DNA of 64,000 bases, from contig NC_058382.1 in NCBI RefSeq assembly GCF_018350175.1, forward strand, positions 50,594,001 to 50,658,000, read 5' to 3'. Positions 1 through 13,169 of this stretch are shown piece by piece (the first letter of the stretch is position 1; each line of letters begins with the position of its first letter). Under the pieces are notes generated by a model. The model was given only the letters and a program-made list of their open reading frames with translations, was not told where the DNA came from and searched no databases. Made by a program: the position numbers and the translations under genes. Origin of the DNA: Felis catus. Lineage: Eukaryota.

Positions 1-299
1 CGACAGACTTAATTCCCTTTAAGAAGGAAAGGGCTAACTCATCTCATGGATTCATGACACAGGAGCTTCAGTGGGAGGGATGGGAGGTTATTTTTTAGAA
101 GTGATGAGAAAACTTTGATTTTTGACTCGTGTGAATTTTGGTCATATATATCATCTTGGGAACTCCAGGGAAAATATAAAAATGAACAAAACCCACAATT
201 TTCCATGATGAAAAAATTACTGTTGATATATTGGGGTAGTTTCAGCCCTTCCCCCTATGTATACAAAAAAATAGGAGTATCCTTAGAATTGTATATATG

Positions 300-1128
300 G
301 AGTTGATTCTCATTCTTTGCAGTAGTTCTATTGTAGAAAGTCACTGTGGACACTGCATTAACAAACACTGAACCATCACTCCTAGAATGAATGGGGTTAG
401 GTTCCTGTGACTTTCTGGTCACAACATTTTTGTCAACCAATCAATCCATAACCTTGTTTTATGTGTGATTCTGTTTAAAGATACCTTATTTCATATATAT
501 TGTTGATCCATTAACATTGAACTCATGGTCAACTGCACTGTAAGCAATGGCTGAGTGAAGTTCATCGAGCATGTGTGTTTTCTCTGTGAGACACATCACA
601 GCCTTCTTGCATATAGTAACACCAAACCTGTACTTTGTCACTAGGACTGATATCTTTTTTTTTTTTTTTAGTGTTTTTTTAATTTATTTTGAGAGAGGAG
701 TGTGCATGTACATGAGCGGGGGTGGGGTAGAGAGAGAAGGGGAGAGAGAGAGAATCCCCAGCAGGCTCTGCACTGTCAGGGGCTTGATCTCACCAACCCC
801 TGGGATCATGACCTGAGCTGAAATCATGACCCATGTCACTCAAGTGACTGAGCCATCCAGGTGCCCCCTGAGGTCTTTTAAATTGTAAAATCACCAACCA
901 AAAGCACAAAAAGTTGGAAAACGTGTTTACATACGACAGCTGAAACAAGTGTCATCTCCTTGTTTAACCTCAGCTGGAAACGTGTGTCCATCCACTCCGT
1001 TTTTTCACTCTCCTATATACGTTTCTGTGAATGATTCCAAAGATGCCCTGAGTATTGGTTTTGGGGTTACAGATACATTATGGTGACTTAGGTGGATTTG
1101 CAAATCCTATGCACTATGAGGATCGACT
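300..1128 (+). mobile_element. MER82-like Tigger (TcMar) DNA transposon, interrupted by a SINE
   Basis: Matches recalled MER82 motifs (ggttaggttcctg..tctggtcacaacattt, cacatcacagccttcttgc, acctcagctgg, ttggggttaca, tgaggatcgact); a homologous copy lies at ~21.7-22.2 kb. Confidence 0.75.
655..868 (-). mobile_element. Can-SINE (older subfamily)
   Basis: poly-T, (GA)-rich block, gaatcccc agcaggctc, gactgagccatccaggtgcccc head. Confidence 0.9.
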
Positions 1129-1152
1129 ATGTAAATGTGGTTTTACACACTG

Positions 1153-1383
1153 CTTTATTTATTTATATATTTTTATGTTTATTTACTTATTTATGAGAGG
1201 GACACAGACAGCATGTGAGCAGGGGAAGGGTGGGGAGAGAGGGAAAGAGAGAGAATCCCAAGCAGGCTCCGTGCTGCCAGCCCAGAGCCTGACGTGGGGC
1301 TTGAACTCGTAAAACCGTGAGAGCATGACCTGAGCCGAAACCAAGAGTCAGACACTTAACTGACTGAGCTGCCCAGGTGCCCC
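1153..1383 (-). mobile_element. Can-SINE
   Basis: Reverse-oriented body; target-site duplication actgctttattt on both sides. Confidence 0.9.
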
Positions 1384-1792
1384 CATACTGCTTTATTTTT
1401 TAACTTTGTATTATATGGGCAAACTTTCAATATTCATTATAGTCTCTCCCAATATTTTTGTAATGATTGACTTGATATACTTTGCTAAATATATAAAATG
1501 ACTACACACAAATGTAAAAAAAAAAAAAGCAGATAAATCGTTTTATTGGGTTAGACTTTGCCCAGTGTTGGGGATTTTGTTCCCTTTATTGAGACCCTCA
1601 GAAAGGAATCATATACCATTTTCCCCAAGAGGGTACCCACTTGTCTCCTCTTCCTGTCTTTTGGTTTCCTTTCGTTAACATATGGGAGTGCTGTGCTTGA
1701 TTGGGTGATGTGTATATTGCTGTTCCTAACCAATGGCTTATGCTGTTCCCTGTTGAGAGATAACTCTTTTAACTGATTTTTATCTCCCCTAG

Positions 1793-1942
1793 GTGTTGGA
1801 TTAAATGATGGGCAGTGGCATTCCATCTCCTTATCTGCCAAAAGGAATCACTTGAGTGTGGTAGTGGATGGCCAGGTGGCCTCTGTTGCTTCTTCCCTGG
1901 GGTCTGAGCAGACTTATTCAGGTGGCACCTATTATTTTGGAG
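1793..1942 (+). CDS. CNTNAP4: CNTNAP4 internal coding exon (~exon 9, 150 nt), laminin G domain 2
   Basis: cccctag|GTGTTGGA...TTTTGGAG|gtaaga; translates VGLNDGQWHSISLSAKRNHLSVVVDGQVASVASSLGSEQTYSGGTYYFG, matching Caspr4; phase 1-1. Confidence 0.95.
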
Positions 1943-2851
1943 GTAAGAGAAGAGGTCAGGCCATATGGGACACTGACCCATATTTGCAGTTACTTGCCCT
2001 TTTGTCCTGGAGATGTCATCATTTTAACGAATGTCAATAGTATGGAATAATGTCTCCCTCTCGTTGAGCATGGAAATGTTGAGTGAATCAAGATGGACGA
2101 CTATGGCCTAAAAGGCCTTTCTTAGGGATGGATTTACTTATATTTACAATTTCTGCATGAGAATGACTGCAAATAAGCCACCCTCTTCAGTTCTTACTTT
2201 CGAACTTTGTTATATTTTCCTAGTGTTAAATGGTTCTTATATGACTTTTTCAGATTTTTATGGCCTGGTTTTATTGCAGTATTTTCGTGAACATGGCTCT
2301 TAGCTCCTCTGGAGCATCCTTATTGCTTTCCTACTGTCCAATGCAGAAGGGCAATATTATGCCAATGGCAAATAATCTAACTCAATTAGCCATAGAAACC
2401 TCTGCTCATCGCTAAGTAATAATGCACTGATACCGTGGATGAAATTAGGGCATCAACCTTCAACACCAGGTCATCTCTCTAAGAGAACAAAGACACATGA
2501 AGCGTTTACCTGCCCAGGGGATGTTTGATTGAACTAAAAGTTTGGAAAAGAAAACCTTGGAAATGGAAATGAATCTTTAGCGTGGAAAATTAAAATCAAA
2601 GGTGATTTGCCATTAGAAAGGCAAAGGTGTAAAACTGTTAGTAGTAAGACTTATTTCTAATCTTGACTTGGTATGTTTTTTACTGCTGCAATTTTGAATT
2701 TTAACAGTCCTTCTGTCTAGAATCACTTTTGAATTTGGTGGCAAGTAGCCCAATCTTTATTATTCATCAGTAAAATACAAATTCCTTTCTAAGAGTTGAC
2801 AGTAAGCACACAGACCATGCATCATTCGTCTGATTTTAACACTTTCAAACA

Positions 2852-3891
2852 CTTTCCATGCTACCCAAGGAGGGGTGCATATGGCGTTGTTCTGTGTTCC
2901 CACCATAACTGAAAGGGAAACTTTCACAAAGTCCAGAGCCCTCGATGTCCTACAATTGAAGGAGGAGGATGCCGTCAAATTTTTGCAGCAGGAACCCACG
3001 TGGGTGGCACCAACCTTGACTTGCAAGTGGAACGACAGTACATCTACAAAAGGAAAGATGATGGCGTCTACATCATGAATCTGAAGAGAATTTGGGAGAA
3101 GCTTCTGCTGGCAGCTCGTGCACCATTGTTGCTGATGAAAACCTGGCTGATGTTAGTGTCGTATCATACAGGAATCCTGGCCATCAAGCTGGGCTGAAGT
3201 GTTCTGCCACTGGAGCCACTCCTGTTGCTGGCCACTTCACCCCCGGAACCTCCACTAACCAGATCCAGGCAGCCTTCCAGGAGCTGAGACTTCTGCTGGT
3301 TATTAATCGCAGGGCTGACCACCAGTCTCTCACAGAGGTGTCTTATATTAACCTGCCTACCATCGCTCTCTGTAGCACAAACTCCCCTCTCTGCCCTGTG
3401 GACATCGCCATCCGTTGTCACGACAAGGGAGCTCGCTCAGTGGGTCTGATGTATTGGATGCTGGCCCGGGAAGTTCTGTGCACGTGTGGTGCCATTACCC
3501 ACAACACCCGTAGGAAGTCGTGTCTGGTCTCTACTTCTACAGAGATCCTGAAGAGATTGAAAAGGAGGGGCAGATTGCTGCTGAAGAGACTGTGACCAAG
3601 GAGGAATTTCAGGGTGAATGGGCTGCTCCAGCTCCTGAGTTCACTGCCACTCACCCTGAAGTCACAGACTGGTCCTGAAGGTGGGCGGGTGCCCCCTGTG
3701 CCTGTTTGGCATTTCCCTACTGACTCGGGCGCTCAGCCTGCTGCTGAAGACTGGTCCACAGCTCCCCCTGCTCAGGCGACTGAATGGGCAGGAACCAGCC
3801 CTGAGTGGTCTTAAGCTGCTCTTCCACAAAGGCCAACGAAATGGAAATAAGGTGGATGGAAAGTAAAAAATTTCTTAAAAAAAAAAAAAAA
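2852..3891 (+). pseudogene. RPSA: Processed pseudogene of RPSA (40S ribosomal protein SA / 37 kDa laminin receptor)
   Basis: Intronless. RPSA peptides split over frames: [99 protein letters not shown]. Start ATG appears as AAG (2929-2931); frameshifts present; stop TAA 3812-3814; poly(A) ~3877-3891; 5' UTR retained. Confidence 0.96.
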
Positions 3892-6800
3892 GAGAACAAA
3901 CAAACAAAACCCCCTACATAATCCATTACTGTGAATGGCAGCATAGTGGCAACAATCCCAAAAGATGCAATTGCCTTCTTTAGTGAGATTTGGGCATTTC
4001 TGAACCAACTTGTTTATTAAACCTCATGGAATATATGATTGATTTTCTGGCAATCCATAGGAGCACATTCCTTTAATAAATGGTAAGATCTAGAGAACAA
4101 ATTAACTGAGAGCTTTCACTTCAACGGAAAAGATTTAGAAGCACTAAAAGAGATTTTAAAAACACGCATGTTGTTAAGTGTGGAAAAAAAAAGACTAGAT
4201 AAAAATGACTGGATTGGATAAAAGTGTAAATCATGCAAATAGAATCATCATTCTTACAGTATTTTTCATCCTTTATGTTCATATTTAACAATGCCTACCT
4301 ATTTTTGTGGAAAATTTTTATTGCTATTATTCATTCTGTAATATTTTTTTATGGTGAAACCTACATCACATGTGCACTCTGTAATTTTGCTTGTTTTTAT
4401 TATGATACACACCATTTTATTTAAATAAACTTTTAATCTTTGAATAGTTTTAGATTTATCAAAAAGCTGCAAAGATACCCAGAGTTCCCATACCCCCTGA
4501 ACCCAGTGTCCTCGGTTGCTCACATCTTACATCATGTGTGCATTTTAAAGCATATTAATTAGAATGCTGTGCATATCTACATGTGCATTTCCCAGCTTAG
4601 AAAGATAATAGTATCAATATCCATTTGTCCCTCCAGGGTCATGTCTCTTCTCCCCAGATAAACACTGTCTCGAATTTGGGGTATTTCTCCCTCTCATGTT
4701 CTTTTTAACTGGCATCTATTGAGGTGTTTCTGAGTTCCTAACCAATATACTGTGGAATGTTCCATAATAAAACACAATCAAGTTCTCGGTTGGTGTCCTT
4801 TGGTACCAGAACATTTTGAGCATGAGATTCTACTGATCTCATGCTCTGCAAACTGTAGAGCACCCTGACACTTCCAGGATTGGGCACAAGGGTCCAAAAG
4901 AAAGCAGGAGGCCTTCTGCTGCCCAGCTCCCCCCCTCCTCTTCCCGGGTTTGTGCTCCAGAGACTAATAGAGAAGGTCCATCCTTCTGGAAGCTCACTTG
5001 GGGCTTTGGGCTGGGAATCCTGGATTCCGAAAGTGGACTGGAAGGGGAGTGGGGTGATCATCTCTTCCCAGTTTTCGCACTGGATGCCCTGAGTCCGAAG
5101 GCAAACTGTGACAGTTGTTGACCCTACTGGACCTTCGGCTCTTTGTGCATGAGAGCCCCCTGTATGACTAGGATCTGCTTTATCTAGGTGGAAGGCGCTT
5201 CCTAGGGTGTTAATTCTTTAGCCAGTTTATCCTCAAGTGAATAAATGTCCCATGTTCTGAGATGGGATCTTATAAGTTTTCTTCCATTTGTGTGTCAGTT
5301 CAGCTGCAAATTTCCGGTGATCTTATCAGCCTACAATCAGCCTAACATGGCTGCCGTGCCCTACTGTTCCACCAGCCCACATTGTACATCCATTCTAGGC
5401 CCATCTTGAGAGTGACAGTTATACTGGGAGGGGGGCTGCTCAGAAACCACAGCATTCTGCATATGCCATGCCAGATCCCATTATCTGTCCGTCGTTCTCT
5501 ACTCTTTCTCCCCCCAGCCCCAGCTGAGTGCTTTTCACAAATTTGGACTGCTTTGTGGCGCATTGTGCCCAGCTTTTATCATTTATAAATTATAAATTTT
5601 AAGTCTGGGTCGAGGACAGATAAATGTCTAATTTCTGTATGTTGCCCCATGTGATCTTTGTGCTAAAGAATAACACACTGTGCGGTGCAAACTGGAGGCA
5701 CTAGACCGTGTGCAGAATTCTCACACCCCCGCTTGTGTAAATCAAACATTATCCATCCAGTGAACAGGCTAGACCACCGTGAAGTCAAAGCCGACATCTT
5801 ACTTCTGGTGCAGTGACATCGAGTGATAATTTATCTGTCATCTTCAGAAGTGCTTAACATGCCGACTGCCTCCAGGAATGGATCCATCCATTAATTCAAC
5901 ATTAAGTATTCCCTAGAAATCTTCATATTTTAAAACTTCCGTCTCAGACGGGTTCAGTGCTGAACCTCTCCTTGCTATTGCAATATATTCACTTGTGGGT
6001 GCCTGTTATCATAGACTAATGAGACTAACCTGGCTTGAACCTTTCTTTATTCTTAGAATCTCTTGCTTATTAAACATCGTAACTAGGAATACAAAGTTCC
6101 TCATGGTACGACAATGTGCTTTCTGAAAGTTCCATCATCTTTCTTGGTGACTGAGTTTGCTTAGTTTTATTCCCTGCAGGCATATTGCAAAATTTATTTT
6201 ATTCTGAGATAGTTTGAAATGTGTCAGGAAACACTACCTGGAGAAAAGGAGATTAGCAGAGCTGTTTATATTCCTGGCATATTGTAGTCACCCCCAAATA
6301 TTGTTGAACTATTATCGTCTCGGTTGTTACTTTAACATTCTTAATTGGTTAATAAGTCATCTAGAAAACATAGCGAGGTTATAATAACCATATCCTATAC
6401 CACAGAAGAATTTTAAGCACCGAAAATGTGTGTAGTGGCCTGTGCAATAAATTGATACTCAAAGAGCATTCATCACCTTTTCTTGATACATCAAACTTGA
6501 AACTTCAGAGTCTCCCTTGGTCAAAATATAATATTTCAATGTACCTGATAATAGTTTTAAATATGAATCCTGGTCTTCACTTGCCATATAAATGGGTTTT
6601 GTTAGGAAAACAAGCATTAAAGGGGAAATATCTTCAGTCACAGTATGTAATTATAATGGAAATTCTCAGGTAGAAAAATAGCGTGGATTGTATTGGAATT
6701 AGGAAGTTGCTGATTCATTTCTTATTCTTCGAAACTGTAATAGTGCTTGACAACCATAACGGCAAAGAAAGATTAATGAAAAATACATAAGTATAATATA

Positions 6801-7554
6801 TGTGCTCATACTCCATAAAATTATTTATTTCACTTGGATAGAGAAACACTTAGAACATCATTAAAACTCAGAGAGTAATGGTTAATATTATAGTTCTTTA
6901 TTATTTAAATAATTAGAAACAGGGCTTAGGTAAGTGTTAGAAAAAATCAATATAAATGGAACATTCTTTTGTGAGTCAAAGGATAAATAAAATCACAGTG
7001 AAATGTTTTTGACATTAAGTCATTATGATTTATTAAAATGCATGTGTATATGGCTTTTATATGCATATAAAAATAAAGTATTTAATTAAATAGATGGTTG
7101 GTAATTTTATCCCAAGTCAATATAACTCCTTTCCCAAATAGTTTCAAATACCAAGGTATTTCATAGTTATTGATTTATCTTTTCTTATGCACAGTGCACG
7201 TTTTCAATCTTTATGCCTTTTTTGCATTCCAAAAGACTAAGTTCCTATGTTTAACTGTAATACATAATTTAATATTATGTAATAATAATATAGTATAATA
7301 ATTGTATGATAATTACTGTAACATTATTTCATAAGAATCCTATGGTAGTAATGAGAAATACTTTGTATAAATTGCAGTTTGTCATTTAGATCAAACTAAT
7401 GATGACTGCAAGGGGCTCTTCCTCCCTCTTTTAATTTTAAGAAAATAATCAAATGGCTACTTCTTTTCTTTTCTTTCTTTCTTTCTTTTTTTTTTTTCAT
7501 AATGAAGCAGTCTATGGTACTAAATCCTGATTGATTATGATGTATCCTGACTTG

Positions 7555-7589
7555 TTTTGTTTTGTTTTGTTTTGTTTTGTTTTGTTTTG
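7555..7589 (+). repeat. (TTTTG)7 microsatellite forming the exon-10 polypyrimidine tract
   Basis: Read directly; followed by atcag acceptor. Confidence 0.95.
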
Positions 7590-7590
7590 A

Positions 7591-7827
<237 letters not shown>

Positions 7828-8079
7828 TAAAATTTATATATAAAATGAACATGTTTTAAAACTCCTTTCCCCCCCCCAAAAAAACCCTCCTTTTCCCACC
7901 ATCACCTATTCCACAGGAAATGGATGATATTCACATTAGAAATAAGAAAAATATGCTTTTAGTTTTATGCTTCGTGTTTCCAGGGATAAAATTTAGGCGG
8001 GAGACATGTGACCATGTTATTTATATGTTAACATGCTACCGATTTACAAAAGGTAATGTTGATGCTGCTATAACTTTTA

Positions 8080-9223
8080 TTTATTTTATTTTTATTTTTT
8101 AATTTGCATCCAAGTCATTTAGCATAGTGCTGTAATGATTTAAGGAGTAGATTCCAGTGATTCATCCCCTATGTATATAACACCCAGTGCTCATCCCAAC
8201 AAGTGTCCTCCCTAATGCCCCTTACCCATTTACCCCATCCCCCATCCACAACCCCTCCAGTAAGCCTCGGTTTGTTCTCTGTAACTAAAATTCTCTTATG
8301 TTCTGTCCTCCTCCTTGTTTTTACATTATTTTTGCTTCCCTTCCCTTATGTTCATCTGTTTTGTATCTTAAATTCCTCATATAAGTGGAGTCATGATATT
8401 TGTCTTTCTCTGTCTAATTTCACTTAGCATAATATCCTCTAGTTCCATCCACGTAGTTGGAAATGGCAGGATTTCATTCTTTTTTATTGCCGACTAATAC
8501 TCTATTGTATATATGTACACCACATTTCTTTATCCATTCGTCAGTCAGTGGACATTTGGGCTCTTTCCATACTTTGGTTATTATCAATAGTGCTGTTATA
8601 AACATTGGGGTGCATATGCCCCTGTGAAACAGCACGACTGTATCCCTTGGATAAATACCTACTAGTGCAATTTCTGGGTCATAAGATAGTTCTATTTTTA
8701 ATTTTTTGAGGAACCTCCTTACTGTTTTCCAGAGTGGCTGTGCCAGTTTGCATTCCCACCAGCAGTGCAAAAGATCTCCTCTTTCTCTGCATCCTCGCCA
8801 ACATCTGTAGTTGCCTGAGTTGTTAATGTTAGCCATTCTGACAGGTGTCAGGTCATATCTCATTGGGGTTTTGATTTGTATTTCCCTGATGATGAATGAT
8901 GTTGAGCATTTTTTCATGTGTTAGCCATCTGGATGTCTTCTTTGGAGAAGTGTCTGTTCATGTCTTTTGCCCATTGCTTCATTGGATTATTTGTTTTTTG
9001 GGTTGTTGAGTTTGATAAATTCTTTATAGATTTTGGATACTAACCCTTTATCTGATATGTCACTTGCAAATATCTTCTTCCATTCTTTCAGTTCCCTTTT
9101 CGTTTTGCTGATTGTTTCCTTTGCTGTGCAGATGGTTTTTATTTTGATGAGGTCCCAATAGTTCATGTTTGCTTTTGTTTCCCTTGCCTCCAGAGACGTG
9201 TTGAGTAAGAAGTTGCCGCGGCA
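8080..9223 (-). mobile_element. 5'-truncated carnivore L1 (3' end of ORF2 and 3' UTR)
   Basis: ORF 8474..8917 is L1 ORF2 C-terminus ([31 protein letters not shown]); T-rich tail; TSD atgctgctataactttta (8062-8079) / atgccgctataatttta (9224-9240). Confidence 0.95.
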
Positions 9224-10860
9224 ATGCCGCTATAATTTTAGACGAGTATAAATGTATCAAAAAAAATCATTAAACTCAATAAATTAGTACATTCTAACAG
9301 TAGTATTGATCAGCACATACCAGTAAGTCAGAGACCTATGTGGCTGGTTATCAAAATGTCTTTTGCTTCTCTGACAGCTGACTAATATTTTCAGTGGCAT
9401 AGCAGTTTAACGGTTGCTCTGCTCCTAATGTGTACCTTTAACAGCACATTACTGTCTTCTCTGCAGGGCAAATAAAAAGGAACCCCTCCTTTGGAAAAGT
9501 TTGGAACTATAGCATTGATCAAGGTATAAACATGATCCAGTAGTTTCATTAGGAGCTCTAGTACAGGACATGGTAGCATAAGATTTGGGAGTTAATTGTA
9601 GAGGACAGGTAAATTTTAAAATAACAATTGATAGTTAATAATTAAAAAGTATTTTTAGGCCTGGGCAACTATAGCCAAATAATCTTGCCAGTCATGTTTT
9701 AATATGAAGGTTGTTAATTTTAATTATTGAGTTTAATGGAATGTCATGGTCATTGCGGATAAAAAAATTAAACATTGTGACAGACTTAGCTCCTACCCCG
9801 TAGAGGTGTTCAATATATATTTTGAATAAATATAAATACTGAGCTTTAAAAATAACTTTTTATTTGCATGAGACATTTTATCAACATAAACGTATATATT
9901 ATATCTGTTATTATATATGATGTGTGTTATATCTAATAGACTGTTAGTCTGTCAGTGTCTGTGGATCCTGTTTTGAACACTAATAGGTGTTGTGTTGTGT
10001 GTAGAAAAAAATAATTGTAATCTCATTTAGCAATGGATTAAAAGGCCATACTTTCCTCTTTATGAATATGCATTTATCTATTTAACCCAATTTGTAGCTA
10101 AAATAATTCTTTCTATAATGAAAGATGATACGTAAAGGAAGAATTTAGACAGTAAACCTCAGTTGGCTTGATTTTGGTACTAAATGACAGTGACCTTCTC
10201 CATAGTTACGTCCACATCAGCTCTAGAACCTTAATCCCCATTTGGGGAAGGGCATGCCAGCTCTGAAGAGGTAGGGCTCACTTCCAAGTGGCTAACAATC
10301 ATTAGGATCTGCGGGGAGATTCAGTCATCCACAGTCAGTGATAGTCGTGTTAACCATCTTAGATTGTAGACAATTCCTTTGGTGCCGGTGGATCCACACT
10401 TCTCCAAACTGGGTTTCTCCGAAGCTGCCGTTTTACCCGAGGAGGCTGGATTGCCTACTTTCTGGAGATACACACTTGTAAAACAGTTGGAGAATGTATG
10501 GTTTTAGTACCACACTTTGAGAAGACTTTTCAGAAAGAGTGAGCAAATTGTGGATAGATTGTGGCTATACATGCTTTCTTTTTTAAAGAAAAACTTATGA
10601 CTAATAGTAGCCCTAGCAGTATTAAAAATAATAGCAAAAATCAAAGTAACTTTTATGTATGTTTACCTTTTAAATTTCCAAAAGTATTTCTCGACTCATT
10701 TTCTTATATTCAGAAGAAAACGTATATTCATTTATTTTGGTCGTCTATGCTATACCTATTGACATAGCTTCCAAGCATTATTAAATAAAGTCTCTTTTTT
10801 AAAAAAATCTGTTTACCAGGCTGTATTCTCAGCACTTAACATGAATTAGTATTTAAGTCT

Positions 10861-11945
10861 GTGAGTTTGAGTGACTATGTGTAAGGATGATGCAAGTGTG
10901 TAAGGAGTCTGGGAATGCATGTGTGAATGACCTACAAGTGTGTGCACGTGTGTGGGAATAGCATTGATGTGTGTGAGTGTGTGTATATGTACAAGTTAGC
11001 ATGTGAGGAGCTGTGTGGCGGTGTATGTAAGGATTTGCATGAGTGTGGGAGGTGCTTTTGGATATGTGAGTAAGCTTGTGAATGTGTACGTATGTGAGAG
11101 ACTGTGTGTAATGACCGTTCTAAAATGAACTTTGCCTCTTTATTTTTTAATGTTAAAGATCTCATTGGGTATATTAAATGATTTATGAATTGGACAGTGT
11201 CCCATTTAGCAGATAGAGGGGCGCTCCCTAAAATGAATGTTAAATTAATTAATGTGTATCTAAAGTAATCCTCACAAAACACCCTTAGAGTCTCTTCCTG
11301 GTAGTGTTTGTTTCTTGTAAATCTGAGAGCAGGTGCACAGAGAGGTGAGGTTGGCTAAAAGGACGCAGCTCAGGAGAGAGCCCGCATTCGATCTCAGCTC
11401 TCTGGGGCTGGCCAGGTCCCACTGAAATGTCTGCCTGCCAAACTGCACAGCCCCCTGGGCGCACATTCACATCTATTGTGGTTCCTATTCAAGCTACATA
11501 TAATAAACACATAATTTGATGATTTAATATGTTGCAGTGAAAAATAAACAGGAACATGAAAAATATACTTAAAAATCTGACAGGAACTTAAGCAAATGTA
11601 GCTCCTTTTTTACTGTAACTTTAAGTTGGATCAGATCTACATGTAAAGGTGTACATATATTTACACATGCTCACACTCACCTTTGTACGGTCATTCGCAC
11701 ATACTCTTTACACACAGACGAACAGCCTCTCATACGTGTGTACACATTTGTGTGCTCAGTCACACACTTCCAAAGCTTTACCACATCCAGTCTTTACAAT
11801 ACACTCTTTATTTGCACATTCTGGCGCCTCCTTACTTACTAATCCACGCACATGCACATACACATGCGCACACTTACAAGAACATTCCCATACCCCTTAC
11901 ATACTCACATCTTCCTTATCCACATTCACACACGCACACTCACCT
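10861..11945. repeat. Degenerate inverted repeat: TG-rich arm ~10861-11120 and CA-rich arm ~11685-11945
   Basis: 10882-10917 matches the reverse complement of 11883-11918 at 30/36 ungapped; further collinear anchors aatgtgtac, gagag(a/g)ctg, aatgaccgt. Confidence 0.7.
11266..11420 (-). mobile_element. MIR fragment
   Basis: aatcctcacaa..., gcacagagagg..., cagct..agagcc..ttcgatctcag resemble the MIR core. Confidence 0.5.
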
Positions 11946-13169
11946 AGAAGCCCTGCCCCCGTCCTCTATGGACATACAGGGAAAGTGACCCTAAGTCAGA
12001 AATCTGGGTGCCTGAGGACTGAGGGAGGCCAGTCCCTCGGCGAGGTGAGGACAGAACCACAAAGGGGGCTGCTGTCCGTATCCCCTGCCCATTATGAACA
12101 GTGAAAATAATGACAAATATCAACAGAAAAGTGTTGGAGGCTACAGAGAATGACTAAGGAAAGAGAAGAGCGTAAATTGTTTAGAACACTGAATGAAAAT
12201 CATTCCTTCACTCTACAATGTAATTTGCTGTAGGTTACTTACTAGTTGTCAGGAGAGGCTACCACGTGGTGAATTTCAACACCACCCACAATCCAGTCTT
12301 CACATTGTACTTAAAAAATGCGAAAAGTCAGGTCTAACAAGAATCAAGGAAAATGAATTCAATATCTTTCAGCAGCAGCAAATCAAATAGAAATGGCACA
12401 TGTATCACACCGATTATTCATTCTTTAGAATCTTAGGTATAGCCACTTACGTCTGCTCCCTTTTAAAGCATGGCTGAGGTCCGTGAGCCTGCTGTCCTTG
12501 TCTTTTCTGATCACCAACTAGGATTTTTCGTGTTTTAAGTTTTTTAATCTCCCTCTTTCTTCTAGATTGTTACTGATCTGAAATGCTTAAAAAATACGTA
12601 CAGCATGAAACATTCTTGAATGGATTCCTGTGAATCTATAAAAATACTAAAATATATATAAACTTAATTGGCATAGAAAGATGCCCACTATTTATTTGTG
12701 CATCCTTAAGAAGGAGGTTGGAAAATAACATAACGATTTTATTTATGAATATAATCACACACACAAATGCATATATGCGTTTATATATGCATGCGCATGC
12801 ATGTATATATTTGTAATGGTGATTTTTATATATGAGATTATAAACCATATTTCTCCTCTGCTGTGTCCTGGGTTGTTTGATTTTTTGTACACTGGATATC
12901 TGTTTTTTATAATCAGGAAAAATCACTGGCATTGTTTTCAGTTAAAATTGGAGAAATCCTATGAGCAGAACACGAAGTTCCCATCCTTAGTTTTAATAAA
13001 GGAGGTGGCAGAAACCCCAAGCATGAATATATTCTTGATAGGCTTTGCAGTTTAATTTTTTGTTTGGGAGTAATGGAGAGCATTTCAAACTTTGGTCTCA
13101 ATAGATCTTTCCATATCAATACTGAAAAGCATCCATAATCTGATCAGGGCTCTTCAGGTCGATACCAGA

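Noticed and set aside
3092..3595. 167-aa ORF as a functional gene
   Set aside because: It is the middle of the frameshifted RPSA pseudogene, with out-of-frame ends and many substitutions at conserved residues
2830..3910. Target-site duplication around the RPSA retrocopy
   Set aside because: Flanks are only loosely A/C-rich; no unambiguous duplication is visible
4740..5340. Possible LTR or other repeat (GC-richer block)
   Set aside because: Could not match it to any consensus I know; left unannotated
11440..11480. MER91-like motif (actgcacagccccctgggcgcacattcacatc) in the foldback spacer
   Set aside because: Too short to call reliably
10932..12104. His/Thr-rich ORFs (116, 151 and 101 aa)
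   Set aside because: Translations of CA-rich low-complexity arms, which are naturally poor in stop codons
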